DNA of 64,000 nucleotides, taken from NCBI GenBank assembly GCA_963772365.1, contig CAVYXA010000001.1, positions 1 to 64,000 of the forward strand. Direction: 5' to 3'. The position numbers and the translations under genes are program-made. Within the stretch, counting starts at the first letter, position 1. Each line of letters opens with the position of its first letter. The DNA is from an uncultured Verrucomicrobiae bacterium (GTDB taxonomy: Bacteria > Verrucomicrobiota > Verrucomicrobiia > Chthoniobacterales > UBA10450). Of the stretch, positions 33,145-44,407 are shown one piece after another. The notes under the pieces were generated by a model, which saw only the letters and a program-made list of their open reading frames with translations, was not told the origin of the DNA and did no database searches.

Positions 33145-33251
33145 CGATTGCTCCTGCTCCGGCTCCTTGCACCGCTCGACGAGGAATGAGTTCGCCACAG
33201 GCGACCCTCGCCCGATTGACGGGTTGGGACAACAGCAACCATCCTGCCGGG

Positions 33252-34090
33252 ATGGCGATCGCGAACCACGGTGACGTCGAGCTCTTCTTCGAGACGTTCG
33301 GCGCCGCCACCGACCCGATGCTGCTGCTGATCAACGGGCTCGGTTCGCAGTGCATCAACTACGACGAGCGATGGTGCGAGAAGTTCGCGGCGCAGGGCTA
33401 CCGAGTGATCAGGTTCGACAACCGTGACACCGGCTTGTCGTCAAAGCTCGACGGGCGCACGTACTCGCTGCGGGACATGGCCGGCGACGCCGTCGCGGTG
33501 CTCGACGCGGTGAACGCAACACGTGCCCACGTCCTGGGCGTGTCGATGGGCGGGATGATCGTCGCAACGGCTCGCGATCGATCATGGCAATCGGCTGCTC
33601 ACGCTCACGTCCGTGATGTCGACGACGGGCGAAGCCGAGTACGGGAAGAGCTCGCCGGAAGCCCTCGCGGTGTTGATGGCTCCGCCCGCCCGCACTCGCG
33701 ACGAGTACGTCGAGAACCAGGTCGCCGCGCGACGGGTCTACGGCTCGAAGCCGGAGTGGTTCGACGAGCGGTACCTGCGAGCCCGTTCCGCGCGGGCGTT
33801 CGACCGTTGCTACTGCCCCGCCGGCGTCGGCCGTCAGATGCAGGCGATCATGAGCGACGGCGATCGAGCCGACGGCCTTGCGAGCGTTGACCATCCCGAC
33901 TCTTGTCATCCACGGTGATCGCGACACGCTGATCGATCCGAGCGGAGGCCGCCGCACCGCCGAGCTGGTTCCCGGCGCGCGCTACGTCGAGATCGAAGGC
34001 ATGGGCCACGACTACCCGGTCTGAGGTCTGGGACCGTTGGGTCGGAACGTGGGCCGACTTCGTTCGATCGGTCCCAGGAGAAACACCTAG
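33252..34090 (+). CDS. Alpha/beta hydrolase; frameshifted
   Basis: LLINGLG, RFDNRDTGLS, GVSMGG, IHGDRD, GMGHD. Confidence 0.88.
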
Positions 34091-34105
34091 CGCCCCCAAC
34101 TGACC

Positions 34106-34154
34106 CCTTTCGGCGTGACTTGCACCCCCTCGAGGGGGTGTAACTCACGCCGAA
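34106..34154. repeat. 49-bp REP-like palindromic repeat, copy 2
   Basis: CCTTTCGGCGTGACTTGCACCCCCTCGAGGGGGTGTAACTCACGCCGAA; same orientation as copy 1; between convergent genes. Confidence 0.9.
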
Positions 34155-34171
34155 ACGTGATCTTGGCCGGG

Positions 34172-35112
34172 CTACTTGGCGGCGGTGGGGGCGACGAGGC
34201 CGCCGATGCCGTGGGTGACCGGGAGCGGGGTCGCGACGAGGAGGCACTCGTAGACGCCGTCGGACCGCGCAGTCGGCGGCGAGCTCGTCGAGCTGCCCAC
34301 TGCTGACCCTGGGGCAGCCCCATGTCGCGCAGATCGATCATGTGCACCGGGAAGAGGAACGGGTTGGCACCCGTCCCGGGATACGGCTCGAACGTGTGCG
34401 TGTCGGTGGCGATCGCGGCGACGTCGTTGTCGTGCAACCACTCGAGCGACTCCACGCCGACGCCGGGCGAGATGTCGGCGTAGCGGTGGCGGTCGCCCGA
34501 CCGCGAGCCAGTGCAGCTGGCCGGTCCGCACGAGCACGACGTCGCCCGGCTCGACGGTCAGGCCCGCGTCGCGCACGCACGCGCTCGAGGTCATCGCCGG
34601 TGATGGAGTACGGCTCGTCGAACCAGTCGACGCCCTTCAGCCGGGCGACGTCGCACACGAGTCCCGCGCGTCACGATCGGGCCGAACGTCTCGATGCCGA
34701 GCTTGGTCGCGCCGTGCTCCATCGTGATCACGGTGCTCGGGGTGTCGTTGTAGAGCAGGTCGTCGTAGCCGGCGTGCGCGAGCGCGTCCCAGTGCGTCGC
34801 CGACTGCAGGCCGGTCTCGATCTTGTCGTCGCTCGTCTGGAAGTCGCCGGATCGCCGGTGAACGCGAACGACGCGACGGTCATCGTCGTGGTTCGGGTTC
34901 TCGCGGCCCATGACCCGCCCGGTCTGCGGCCCGTCGGCGTGCATCGGGATCGACAGCGAGAACGACGCACCCCGCCGCACCGCGCCGCACCCGCGGCTGC
35001 ACCGCGGCGGCGTCGATCAGGTTCAGCGTCCCCCGCTGGTCGTCGGGCTCCCCACCGCCCCCAGTTCGAGACCCGGGCGGCGAGCGCCTTCGAGCTCGTC
35101 GGTCAGCGGCAC
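34172..35112 (-). CDS. Cyclase family protein (kynurenine formamidase-like); frameshifted
   Basis: DDQRGTLNLI, QSATHWDALAH, GDVVLVRTG, AIATDT, RDMGLPQG. Confidence 0.82.
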
Positions 35113-36713
35113 GGCGCCTCCTCACGACGGTCCGCGTACTGCTTGCGCAGCTCGTGCTTGAGGACCTTGCCGGTGGGGTTGCGCGGGAGCACGTCGACGA
35201 TCTCGAGCTGCTCGGGGATCTTCTGCATCATCAGGCCCGGCGTCCTTGCAGGAACTCGAACAGCTCGGCCAGCGTCGGCGGGTCGCCGGGTCCGCCGGCA
35301 CGACGACCGCGCACGCCCGCTCGCCCGAGCGTCGGGTCGGGCAGGCCGATCACCGCGACGTCGGCGACCTTCGGGTGCGTGAACAGGAGGTCCTCGACCT
35401 CCTTGGCCGAGATGTTCTCGCCCTTGCGGATGATGATGTCCTTCAGCCGGCCGGTGATCGACGACGTGCCCGTCGCTCGTCGAGCGATGCCGAGGTCGCC
35501 GGTGCGGAAGTAGCCCTCCTCGTCGAACGCCTCGGCGTCGAGCGACGCGTCGAGGTAGCCCGTGCATCAGCTGCGGGCCCTTGGCGCGGATCTCGCCCTC
35601 CTCGCCCGGCACCGGCGACCGTGCCGTCGAGCTTCACGACCTTGAGCTCGACGCCGGGCACGCGGCCGCCCTCGGTGTCGGCGAGCTCCTCGTCGGTGTC
35701 GTGGACGCCGCGCCATCGTGAGGATCGGGCGCCTCGGTGAGGCCGTAGCCCGACACGATGCCGACGCCGCCGAGCTCCTCCTTCATCTCGTAGTGCAGCT
35801 GCGGCGGCTTCGGCGCGCGCCGCCACCGAGGAAGCGCGCGGACGTCCGGGAACAGCGGCTCGTCCGGGCTGCGTCGCGCTGCGCGGCGAGGTACGCCAGG
35901 TGGAACGCCGTGCCCGCACCGGCGAGCGTGACGCGCTCGCGCTGCGAGCACCGGGATCGTCGTCGCCGGGACGAACCCCTCGACGAGCACGTGCACGTAG
36001 CCGCCGCATCAGCAGCCGCGAACAGCCAGCCGATCCCGCCGATGTGCGTGAACGGGAACACGAGCGCGTTGCGGTCGTCCGGCGTCATCGTCGAGCGCCG
36101 ACCATGCCGTTCGCCGCCGCCTTGATGGTCGTGTCGGTGTGCCGCGCGCCCTTCGGATCGGCGGTCGTGCCCGACGTGTAGAAGAACCAGCGCACGGGCC
36201 GTCGGTCGTCACTCCGGGTCGACGGCTCGGCGGGCGCGGCGGCGAGCGTCGACGGGTCGCCCTCGGGCAGGCTCCTGGTCGCAGACGAGCACCTCGAGGC
36301 CGGGCGTGCCGGCCGCGATCGCGCGCGCCATCGCCTCGTAGTCGAAGCCGCGCCACACCGCCGGGCACGATGAGCAGCTTCGCGCCGGTCTGCTTCGGTG
36401 ATGAAGCCGACCTCGCGCTCGCGGTAGATCGGCAGCATCGGGTTCTGCATCGCGCCGAGGCGCGCCAGCGCGCCGACGAGCACCATCGACTCGAGCCACG
36501 TCGGCAGCTGCCACGACACGTCGTGCCCTCGCCGATCCCGAGCTGCGGCAAGCCGGCCGCGGCGCGCTCGGCCGCGTCGCGGTACTCGGCGAAGGTGAGC
36601 GTGCGCCCGTTCTCGTCGATCGCCGAACACGCGCGTCGGGCGTCGCCGCGGCCCGCTGCTCGATCAGGTCCCAGAGCGAGGTCCAGCTCGGTGAGTCCAC
36701 GCTCGTCGCTCAC
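35103..36713 (-). CDS. Acyl-CoA synthetase (AMP-binding); frameshifted
   Basis: YTSGTTADPKG, YGLTEAP, FRTGDLG, KDIIIRKGENIS, LPRNPTGKVLK. Confidence 0.88.
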
Positions 36714-37490
36714 TGTCGGGAAGCCTCCCCCGTAGGTGACCGCCGCCGTCGATGGAGACGATCGAGCCGATCATGTAGCGCGCCGTCGTCGGACGCGACG
36801 TAGCGCGATGCAGCCCGCGACCTCCTCGGGCTCGGAGACGCCGATCGGCGACATGACCGGGCGCAGCACGTCGAAGTCGCGCCCTCGGGCAGGCGGAAGC
36901 CCTTGGTGAGCGGCGTGCGCATCCCGCCGGGCGCGACGCAGTTCACCCGCACACCCGCGGTCCAGGAACTCGACCGCCAGCGCCCGGGTCAGGTTGACGA
37001 CGCCGCCCTTCGACGCGCAGTACGCGGCGCTGAAGGGCTGGCCCATGAGCCCGGCGTTCGACGCGATGTTGACGATCGTGCCGCCGCCGTCGAGCAGGTG
37101 CGGGAGCGTGTACCGGCACATCAGGAACGTGCCGGTGAGGTTCACGTTGATGATCGCGTTGACCAGCGGTTCGGGTCCTCCTCCTCGGTGCGGGCGAAGC
37201 CGCCGATGCCGGCGGAGTTCACGAGCACCTGCGGGCCGGCCGAGGTCCGACGGCGACGGCGGCGACCGCCGGCCTCGACCGAGCCGGGGTCGCTGACGTC
37301 GACGGCGTAGGCCCGCGGCTTGGCCCCGCCGTCGCCGAGCTCGGCGGCCACCGTCTCGGCGGCGTCGGCCGCCGAGGTCGAGCACCGCGACCTTGGCGCC
37401 CTCGCTCGGCGAAGCAGCTGCGCGGTCGCCCGGCCCGAGGCCGGAACCGCCACCGGTGACGATCGCGACTCGATCGGTGAAACGCGCCAT
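36710..37490 (-). CDS. SDR oxidoreductase; frameshifted
   Basis: IVTGGGSGLG, LVNSAG, YCASKGG, VNCVAPG. Confidence 0.88.
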
Positions 37491-37610
37491 GTGCTTTGGC
37501 CCCCAAAGGTCTTGTGTGCTGATGGGCGGACCGTCGTGGCCCGGGCTGCGGAATCTAACGAAGCCGGCCCCGAGCCGCACACGCAAGGCGACCTCCGCAA
37601 AACTCAGGGG

Positions 37611-37636
37611 TTCAGCGCGCCCCGGGACGTGCCGAT
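37611..37636 (+). promoter_or_regulatory. Candidate sigma-28 (FliA/WhiG-type) promoter
   Basis: TTCA-N16-GCCGAT upstream of the diguanylate cyclase. Confidence 0.45.
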
Positions 37637-37695
37637 CGGATGGGGCGCACAGCGACCACCGCATCGGGGCTGCGGTCGAGGGAGATCGCATCGAC

Positions 37696-38688
37696 ATGAG
37701 CATCGCCGGGTGGGACACACGCGGGGACCGGCCGCGATCGGCGCGCTGGCTGCGGCACCCTCTTCGTGTGCGGCTCGACCCTGTCGCTCGTGTCGCTCGC
37801 CCTGCCCCACTGGCACCAGCAGGACACCGAGGCGACGGCGATCTGCGCGCTCCTCGGCTATCCGATGGCGCTGCTCCTCTTCCGGTTCGGCGCGCGCCTG
37901 CCCCGGATCGCGTTCCACGTGCTGCTCGCGATCGGCACGCTGATCATCACCGCGCGGCGTGTACTTCGGGCACAACGGGGGCGGGTCGCTCACCGCGTCC
38001 GTCTTCTACATCTGGGTCGCGCTCTACGCCTTCAACTTCTTCTCCCGCCCCGTCGCGGCGCTGCACCTCGTCTGGGTCGGCCTCTGCTACGGGACCATGC
38101 TCGCGATCCAGGACGTCGAGGGCGGCCCCGCGCTCTGGTCGCTCGTCGTCGGCACCGCGGTGGCGTCCGGCCTGGTCGTCGCGTCGCTCGTCGAGGAGGT
38201 GCGGACGGTCGCCCGCCGCGACGGGCTCACCGGCCTCTGGAACCGTCGCGCCCTCGAGGAGGATCTCGAGCGGCTGCTCGCGCACCGCCACCCGCGAGGA
38301 CTTCGGCGTCGTGTTCGCGATCCTCGACATCGATCACTTCAAGCGCTGCAACGACAGCGTCGGCCACCACGGAGCGGACGACGTCCTCATGCGCCTGGCC
38401 CAGGCCTGGAGCGCCGAGCTGCGGCCGTCGGACTCGCTGGCCCGGTTCGGTGGCGACGAGTTCGCGATCGTCTTCCCCCGCAGCACCCAGACCGAGGCGG
38501 TCGCGGTGCTCGAACGCCTCCGTGCCGCGGTACCGAGTCCGATCACGTTCTCCGCCGGGGTCAGCGCCTGGCGCCCGGGCGAGCCCGCGGACGTCTTCGA
38601 AGGGCGCGCCGACGCGCTCCTGTACCAGGCCAAGCGCGAGGGCCGGAACCGGATCGTCGCGTCGACGTTCGCACCGGACCCCGTCTGA
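37696..38688 (+). CDS. Membrane diguanylate cyclase (GGDEF); frameshifted
   Basis: Several TM helices, DGLTGLWNRR, DIDHFK, RFGGDEF, LYQAKREGRNR. Confidence 0.88.
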   Translation: MSIAGWDTRGDRPRSARWLRHPLRVRLDPVARVARPAPLAPAGHRGDGDLRAPRLSDGAAPLPVRRAPAPDRVPRAARDRHADHHRAACTSGTTGAGRSPRPSSTSGSRSTPSTSSPAPSRRCTSSGSASATGPCSRSRTSRAAPRSGRSSSAPRWRPAWSSRRSSRRCGRSPAATGSPASGTVAPSRRISSGCSRTATREDFGVVFAILDIDHFKRCNDSVGHHGADDVLMRLAQAWSAELRPSDSLARFGGDEFAIVFPRSTQTEAVAVLERLRAAVPSPITFSAGVSAWRPGEPADVFEGRADALLYQAKREGRNRIVASTFAPDPV

Positions 38689-38750
38689 CGTCGCCGACCC
38701 ACGCGGCTCCGGGACCGTTCGGACCCGGCCGGTAATGTCCGCGGTCGTGA

Positions 38751-40258
38751 GTGCCGCGAACGACCGCCGACCTGCTGCGGGTCGCGGCGCGTCGAGCACC
38801 CCGACCGCGAGGCCTACGTCCACGGCGAGAAGCGCGTCACCTACGCCTGGCTCGACCGGGCCGCCGACGGGTTCGCCGCCACGCTGCTCGACCTCGGCGT
38901 GCGGCCCGGCGACGTCGTCTGCCTGATGCTCGGGTCCTCGATCAAGTTCGCCGCCTGCTACCTCGGCGCGCTGCGGGCCGGCGCCATCACCTCCGCGATC
39001 AACCTGCGGCTCGGCGTCAACGAGCAGGCGAGCATCCTCGACCGCACCCGACCCGCGTCGTGACCGTCCTCGGCGACGGCGCCGAGATCCCCGCCGGTGC
39101 CGACGCCGGGCAAGGTGCTCCACGTCTCCGAGCTCGGCACCGCGCTCGGCCGGGCGCCGCTCCCGCGACGGCTCTCCCGCGATCGCCGCCGACCGACCCC
39201 GCGTGCATCGTGTGGACGAGCGGCACCACCGGCGCGCCGAAGGGCGCGGTCTACGACCACGATCCGCATGGCCGCGATCTCGCGGAACATGGGCCAGCTC
39301 ACCGAGCCGGGCGACCGCCGGCTCGTCGTCCTCCCCTTCGCCCACGTCGGCTACATGACCCGCATGTGGGACGAGCTCGCGAACGGCACCACGATCGTGC
39401 TCGCCGGCGAGCCGTGGTCGGCGGCCGAGACGCTGCGCCTCATCCGCGAGGAGCACATCACGATGGGCACGGGCGTGCCGACGCAGTGGGAGCTGGTGCT
39501 CGCCCACCCCGACTCGCGCAGCACCGACTTCTCCCGGCTGCGGGTCTGCGGCATCGGCGGCGCGGCGATCTCGCCCGACCTCGTCCGCCGCATGCGCGAG
39601 GTGCTGGGCTGCCCGGTGATCAGCCGCTACACGAGCACCGAGGCCGGCGTCACCACCAGCACGGTCGATCGGCGACCCCGACGAGGTCGTCGCGACGACG
39701 GTCGGGCCGCGCCGTGCCCGAGGTCGAGCTGCGCATCGTCGACCCGGCTCCGGCGACCCGCGTCCCCGCCGGTGAGGTCGGCGAGATCGTCTGCCGGTCC
39801 CCCGCGATGATGCGCGGCTACTGGCGCGACCCCGAGCTCACCGCGACCGTCATCGACGCCGACGGCTGGCTGCACACCGGCGACCTCGGCACGGTCGACG
39901 AGGACGGCAACCTGCGCATCGTCGGCCGGCTCAAGGAGATGTACATCCGCGGCGGGTACAACGTGTACCCCGCCGAGGTGGAGGCGGTGCTGGCCGAGCA
40001 CCCGGCGATCGCCCAGGTCGCCGTGGTCGGGCTCCCGGATCCGGTGCTCGGCGAGGTCGGCGGCGTCTTCGCCGTCGCGGCCGACCCGGCGCACCCGCCG
40101 GAGCTCGCCGACCTGCGCGACTGGTGCCAGGCCCGGATCGCGGACTACAAGGCACCCGACCGGCTGGTCGTCGTCGACGACGCTGCCGGTGACCGCGATG
40201 CACAAGATCGACAAGGCGCGCCCTGCGCGCCATCTACGACACGACGGAGGAAACGTGA
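38751..40258 (+). CDS. Acyl-CoA synthetase (AMP-binding); frameshifted
   Basis: WTSGTTGAPKG, YTSTE, WLHTGDLG, GRLKEMYIRGGYNVYP. Confidence 0.88.
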
Positions 40259-41095
40259 GCCCGAGCGAAGCGACAGTCGAGAAGCCGAAGCCGAACATCC
40301 AGGAGGTCGGCACCGGGCGACACCCGGGACAAGCCGATCAAGCTCGGTGGCGCGCTGGTGACGATGGTCGAGCCGCACAAGGGCCACGAGGTCGCGTACA
40401 ACCGCTGGTACGAGCGCGACCACTTCTACGCCGGGCTGCAAGATCGGCGCGTGGAACCTCGCGGGCACGCGCTTCGTCGCGACCCGCGAGTGCAAGGCGA
40501 AGCGCTACCCGGCCGACTCGCCGATCTGCCCCGACCCGACGTCGGGCTCCTACCTCGCCGTCTACTGGATCCTCGCCGGGCAAGTTCGGCGAGTGGATCC
40601 AGTGGGGCACCAACCAGGTCAACTGGCTGCACGCAGAACGGCCGCATGTTCCCGCACCGCGACCACATCCACACGCTCATGTACAAGTACCGCGGCGAGG
40701 TCCACGCCGACGCCGACGGCGTGCCGGCCGAGCTCGCGCTCGACCGCCGCTACCCCGGGCTCGTGCTCGTCATCGGCGAGCTGGCGGACGGCGTCAAGGA
40801 CACCCAGATCACCGAGTGGGTGCGTCCCGGCCGCTGCCGCCGCGGACCAGGTCGTGACCTTCACGCCGATCCCGCTGCTCGGCAACGCGCCGTCGGATGT
40901 GCCCCGGGACGAGGCCGCCGACCGCTTCTGCCACCTGTACTTCGTCGACGGCGACCCGGTCGAGATCTGGGACGAGCAGCTTCGCCGAGCCTCGGCGACG
41001 ACCTCGCGGCCACCGGCCTCGGCACGGTCGTGTTCGCGTCGCCGTTCCTCGGCACGATCGCCGGCACCGACACCTACACCGACCAGCTCTGGTAG
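40255..41095 (+). CDS. Hypothetical protein, possibly a duplicated alpha/beta-barrel (EthD/DABB-like); frameshifted
   Basis: MVEPHKGHEVAYNRWYERDHFYAG..RDHIHT..FASPFLGTIAGTDTYTDQLW; coupled to the ligase. Confidence 0.65.
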
Positions 41096-41116
41096 CCCCG
41101 GACCATCTCCCGCGTG

Positions 41117-41153
41117 TGTTGCGTTCGGTTCCCTGAGGGACCCAAACGCAACA
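41117..41153. terminator. Hairpin (terminator or REP-like)
   Basis: TGTTGCGTT-CGGT-TCCCT-G-AGGGA-CCCA-AACGCAACA, 21 bp after the stop codon. Confidence 0.65.
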
Positions 41154-41203
41154 GACGGAGGGAGGGTCGGTAGCCTCACTGCCGTGCTCACCGCCAAAGG
41201 CCT

Positions 41204-41575
41204 ATGACGGACTCCCCTGACGCTGCGGACCCCGGGCGCCTCGAGCAGGAGATCGACGTCCGCTTCAGCTACGCCAACGAGCGCACGTTCCTCGCGTGGA
41301 ACCGCACCGCGCTCGCGCTGATCGCCACCGGTGTCGCCGCGACCCAGCTGCTCCCGAAGTTCGACGTGACGTTCGGGCGCCGCTTGCTCGGTCTTCCACT
41401 CATCGCCCTCGGTGCGGTCCTCGCGCTGACGAGCTACTCGCACTGGCAGGCCAACGAGCGGGCGATGCGGCGCGGTCAGCCACTGGTCCCGTCGCGGATG
41501 CCACTCGTGCTCTCGATCGGCGTCGGGGCCATCGCGATCGTCGCGGTGATCCTCGCGTTGTTCGAAGGTTCGTAG
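41204..41575 (+). CDS. DUF202 (YidH-like) membrane protein
   Basis: RFSYANERTFLAWNRTALAL. Confidence 0.9.
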   Translation: MTDSPDAADPGRLEQEIDVRFSYANERTFLAWNRTALALIATGVAATQLLPKFDVTFGRRLLGLPLIALGAVLALTSYSHWQANERAMRRGQPLVPSRMPLVLSIGVGAIAIVAVILALFEGS

Positions 41576-41901
41576 TGGGCCGGGTCTTCGAACCGGACGA
41601 GCCCCTGGCCGGTGAGCGCACCGACCTGGCGTGGACCCGTTCCGGGATCGCGGTCGCGGTGTGCATCGGGGTCCTGGTCCGGCGGATCTGGCCGCTCCAC
41701 CGGACCGATCACCTCTTGGTGGTCGCCCTCATCGCACTCGGTGCCCTCGCCTGGGCGGTCGCGCTGCTACTGGCCCGGCGCATCTCCCGCACGACGCACG
41801 CCGGGCGCGACGTGATGGATGCGCACACGCTGCGCCTGCTCAGCGGAGGGACGTTCGTGCTCGCACTGGGTGCATTCGTGCTCGGGTCACTGCCGCCGTA
41901 G
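41575..41901 (+). CDS. DUF202 membrane protein, partner copy
   Basis: LAGERTDLAWTRSG; TAGTG stop/start overlap. Confidence 0.8.
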   Translation: MGRVFEPDEPLAGERTDLAWTRSGIAVAVCIGVLVRRIWPLHRTDHLLVVALIALGALAWAVALLLARRISRTTHAGRDVMDAHTLRLLSGGTFVLALGAFVLGSLPP

Positions 41902-41905
41902 GTCG

Positions 41906-43379
41906 CTACTCGGCGACGAACGAGCCTGCGCCGACGATGCGGACCGCGCGACCGACCCAGTCGACCTCGGTCATGGACGTCGCGATCGCCTGCTCACCCG
42001 ACCGGGCAACGGTTCTGCCACCGTCGACGTTCAGGATCGCGACCCGCGCGTGCCGGCTCACCACCGTCGAACACGACCGTGTGGGCGGCGACGGTCGCCG
42101 CACCGGTCGCATCCGGAAGCAGCTCGCGGACTCCGGTGCGCTCGATCGCGGTCTTCGTGACGTCGACGCTGCTGAAGCCCGCGGCCGGTGGCGACGCGGA
42201 CCACAGCGATGCTCCGGGCTTCGTGATCATCCCGCTCACCGACGTGCTCAGGCCGACCTCGCCCGGAGACTCGCGCAGGCGGCGGACCAGCGGCACCATC
42301 GCCTGGACCGCGGAGTGGTTCAGCGGGCCACCGCCGAAGGTCATGCCACCCGAGACCGTGAGCGGCGCGTCGATCGGCAGCCCGAGTGCCCGCGCCTGCA
42401 CCTGCACCGCGGCCGGAAAACAGCTGTAGAGGTCCACGATCGACGGCACGATCGCACCGGGCCCGGTCAGGCCGAGTGCTTCGACGACCGCCTCGAACGC
42501 GGGCCAGCGGTGCATCTCCGCCCGGCGCGGCAGCCAGACCATCTGGTTCGACTCGGCCGCCGCGTGCGCGAACACCTGTCGGTCCGACGCGACGCCGAGG
42601 TCGGCGGCGCGCTCGGCCGAGGTCACGATGATCGCCGCCGCCTGGTCGACGTTCCACTGCGAGCAGAGCAGCTTCGTGTACGGCATCGCGATCGACGCGG
42701 TTCCCCGGGCCGGGCGTACCGATCTCGTCTGCGGTCAACCCCCGCCGGTCCCACGCGTCGGGGTTGCCCGCCGCGACCGCAGCAAAGCGTGCCCACAGCT
42801 CGGCCACGTGCCGGCGCTGCTCGACCGGCGTGCGCCCTTCGTCGTGCGCGATCGCACTCTCGATCGAGGCGTACTGGTGCGCCGGCACCGCGAGCTCCCG
42901 CTCGATCTCCGTCCGCGAGAGGATCTCGCCGACCGGAGAGAGCACGTCGTCGGGGTCGCGCTCGCGACGGGTCCGGGTCCGTCAGCTCCAAGCCGACCTT
43001 CGCGGCGAGCAGCGATCGGTGCTTCGCTTCGGTGCCGCAGACGAGCACGACGTCCGCATCGCCATTCGCCACCGCTCCCGCCGCGCGGGTGAGCAGGGTC
43101 TGCTGGAGCACGCCGATGTCCGCGACGACGCTGCGCGGGTCGGAAGCGCCAAAGCGCTCGGCCACGACCCGTCCCGGGTCGCGGTACCCCCAGATCCCCC
43201 GCGGTACGAGGACGAGGTCGACCGCGCGCAGCACTCCCGCGACGCCCGCGTCCTCGCCCGCGCGCTGCGCCGCGACTGCCATGAGCTCGAGCGCGTCGAG
43301 CGCGTCGGCGACGTCCGAGGCGTGTTGGGTGACCGCACCGACCCCGACGACGACCGGCGCGCGCTGCGTCGATCGCCAT
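41906..43379 (-). CDS. Thiolase-like protein (acetyl-CoA acetyltransferase family); frameshifted
   Basis: PVVVGVG, PYTKLLCSQWNVDQAAA, DLYSCFPAAVQ, LTVSGGMTFGGGPLN. Confidence 0.82.
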
Positions 43380-43382
43380 GCG

Positions 43383-44375
43383 CTACGCCGCGGGTCGGAT
43401 CCGCGGCATCACCTCGGACGCGAAGAGCTCGAGACTGGCCCACGACAGGTCAGGGGGCAGACCGCCGGCGAGCGGGTTGAACGTCAGCGCCCCCATCGCC
43501 GAGACCTTGCCCGCGGCTTCCACCACCTGGTCGGGCGTGCCGACGAGGTACTGGGGACTGCGCTTCAGGTCGTCGAGCGTCTCGGCGTCGACCATCGGCG
43601 TCGAGTGCTGGCCACCAGTCTGGAAGCCGGCGTACGTCTGCGCCTCGTACATGACGTACGGCGCGATCTCCTCCCACGCCCGTTCCGGGTCGTCGCTGAC
43701 GTGCACGAACGTCGGGCCCGATGGTGTCATCACGAAGCCACCCTCGAACCCGGTCTTCGCGGCTTCGTCGGCGTACCACTCGCTCAGCCTCGGATCCTCG
43801 TTCATCGGCATCATCGGCAGCTGCAGCCGCGCCGCGCGCCGTGCCGCGGCCTCCACCCCGCCACCGATGAGCAACGTCGGATGTGGCTGGCTGTACGGCT
43901 TCGGCGTCACCTTGATCGTGCGCCCCTGCCACTCGAACGGCTCACCGGTCCAGGCCTGGAGGATGACGCCGACGTACTCCTCGAGGAGCTTGCCCCGCTG
44001 CTTCAGGTCGGCCCCGCACATCTCGAACTCCTCGGGGCGGTATCCCGCGCCCGCGACCGTCCAGACGCGGCCCTTCGTCGCCTGGTCGAGCACCGCGATC
44101 TGCTCGGCGATCCGGACCGGGTCGTGCAAGGGGACGATCGACGCGCTGAGCAGCAGCGGGATGCGCTCGGTCATGCCCGCGATCACGCCCGCGATGGTCA
44201 GCGGCGCCGGCAGCCAGCCGTCGTCCAGACCGTGGTGCTCGGAGACGACCGCGAAGTCCCAACCCTGCTGGTCGGCCCAGCGGAACTGCTCCAGGGCAGC
44301 GGTGTAGATCTCGGCGGTGGAGGCCGGTCCCCAGTCGGGAGCCCGGAAGTCGTGGCGCATCACGATCATCGGCAT
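43383..44375 (-). CDS. LLM class flavin-dependent oxidoreductase
   Basis: SEHHG..GWLPAP, LHDPVRIAEQIAVLD, GYRPEEF; intact. Confidence 0.9.
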   Translation of the reverse strand: MPMIVMRHDFRAPDWGPASTAEIYTAALEQFRWADQQGWDFAVVSEHHGLDDGWLPAPLTIAGVIAGMTERIPLLLSASIVPLHDPVRIAEQIAVLDQATKGRVWTVAGAGYRPEEFEMCGADLKQRGKLLEEYVGVILQAWTGEPFEWQGRTIKVTPKPYSQPHPTLLIGGGVEAAARRAARLQLPMMPMNEDPRLSEWYADEAAKTGFEGGFVMTPSGPTFVHVSDDPERAWEEIAPYVMYEAQTYAGFQTGGQHSTPMVDAETLDDLKRSPQYLVGTPDQVVEAAGKVSAMGALTFNPLAGGLPPDLSWASLELFASEVMPRIRPAA

Positions 44376-44407
44376 GGCGGAGCTCCTTCTGCGGGAGGCG
44401 GTGCGGG

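Noticed and set aside
31145..34154. Repeats as a CRISPR array or integron attC sites
   Set aside because: Only two copies 3 kb apart; no spacers, cas genes or integrase; no RYYYAAC...GTTRRRY ends
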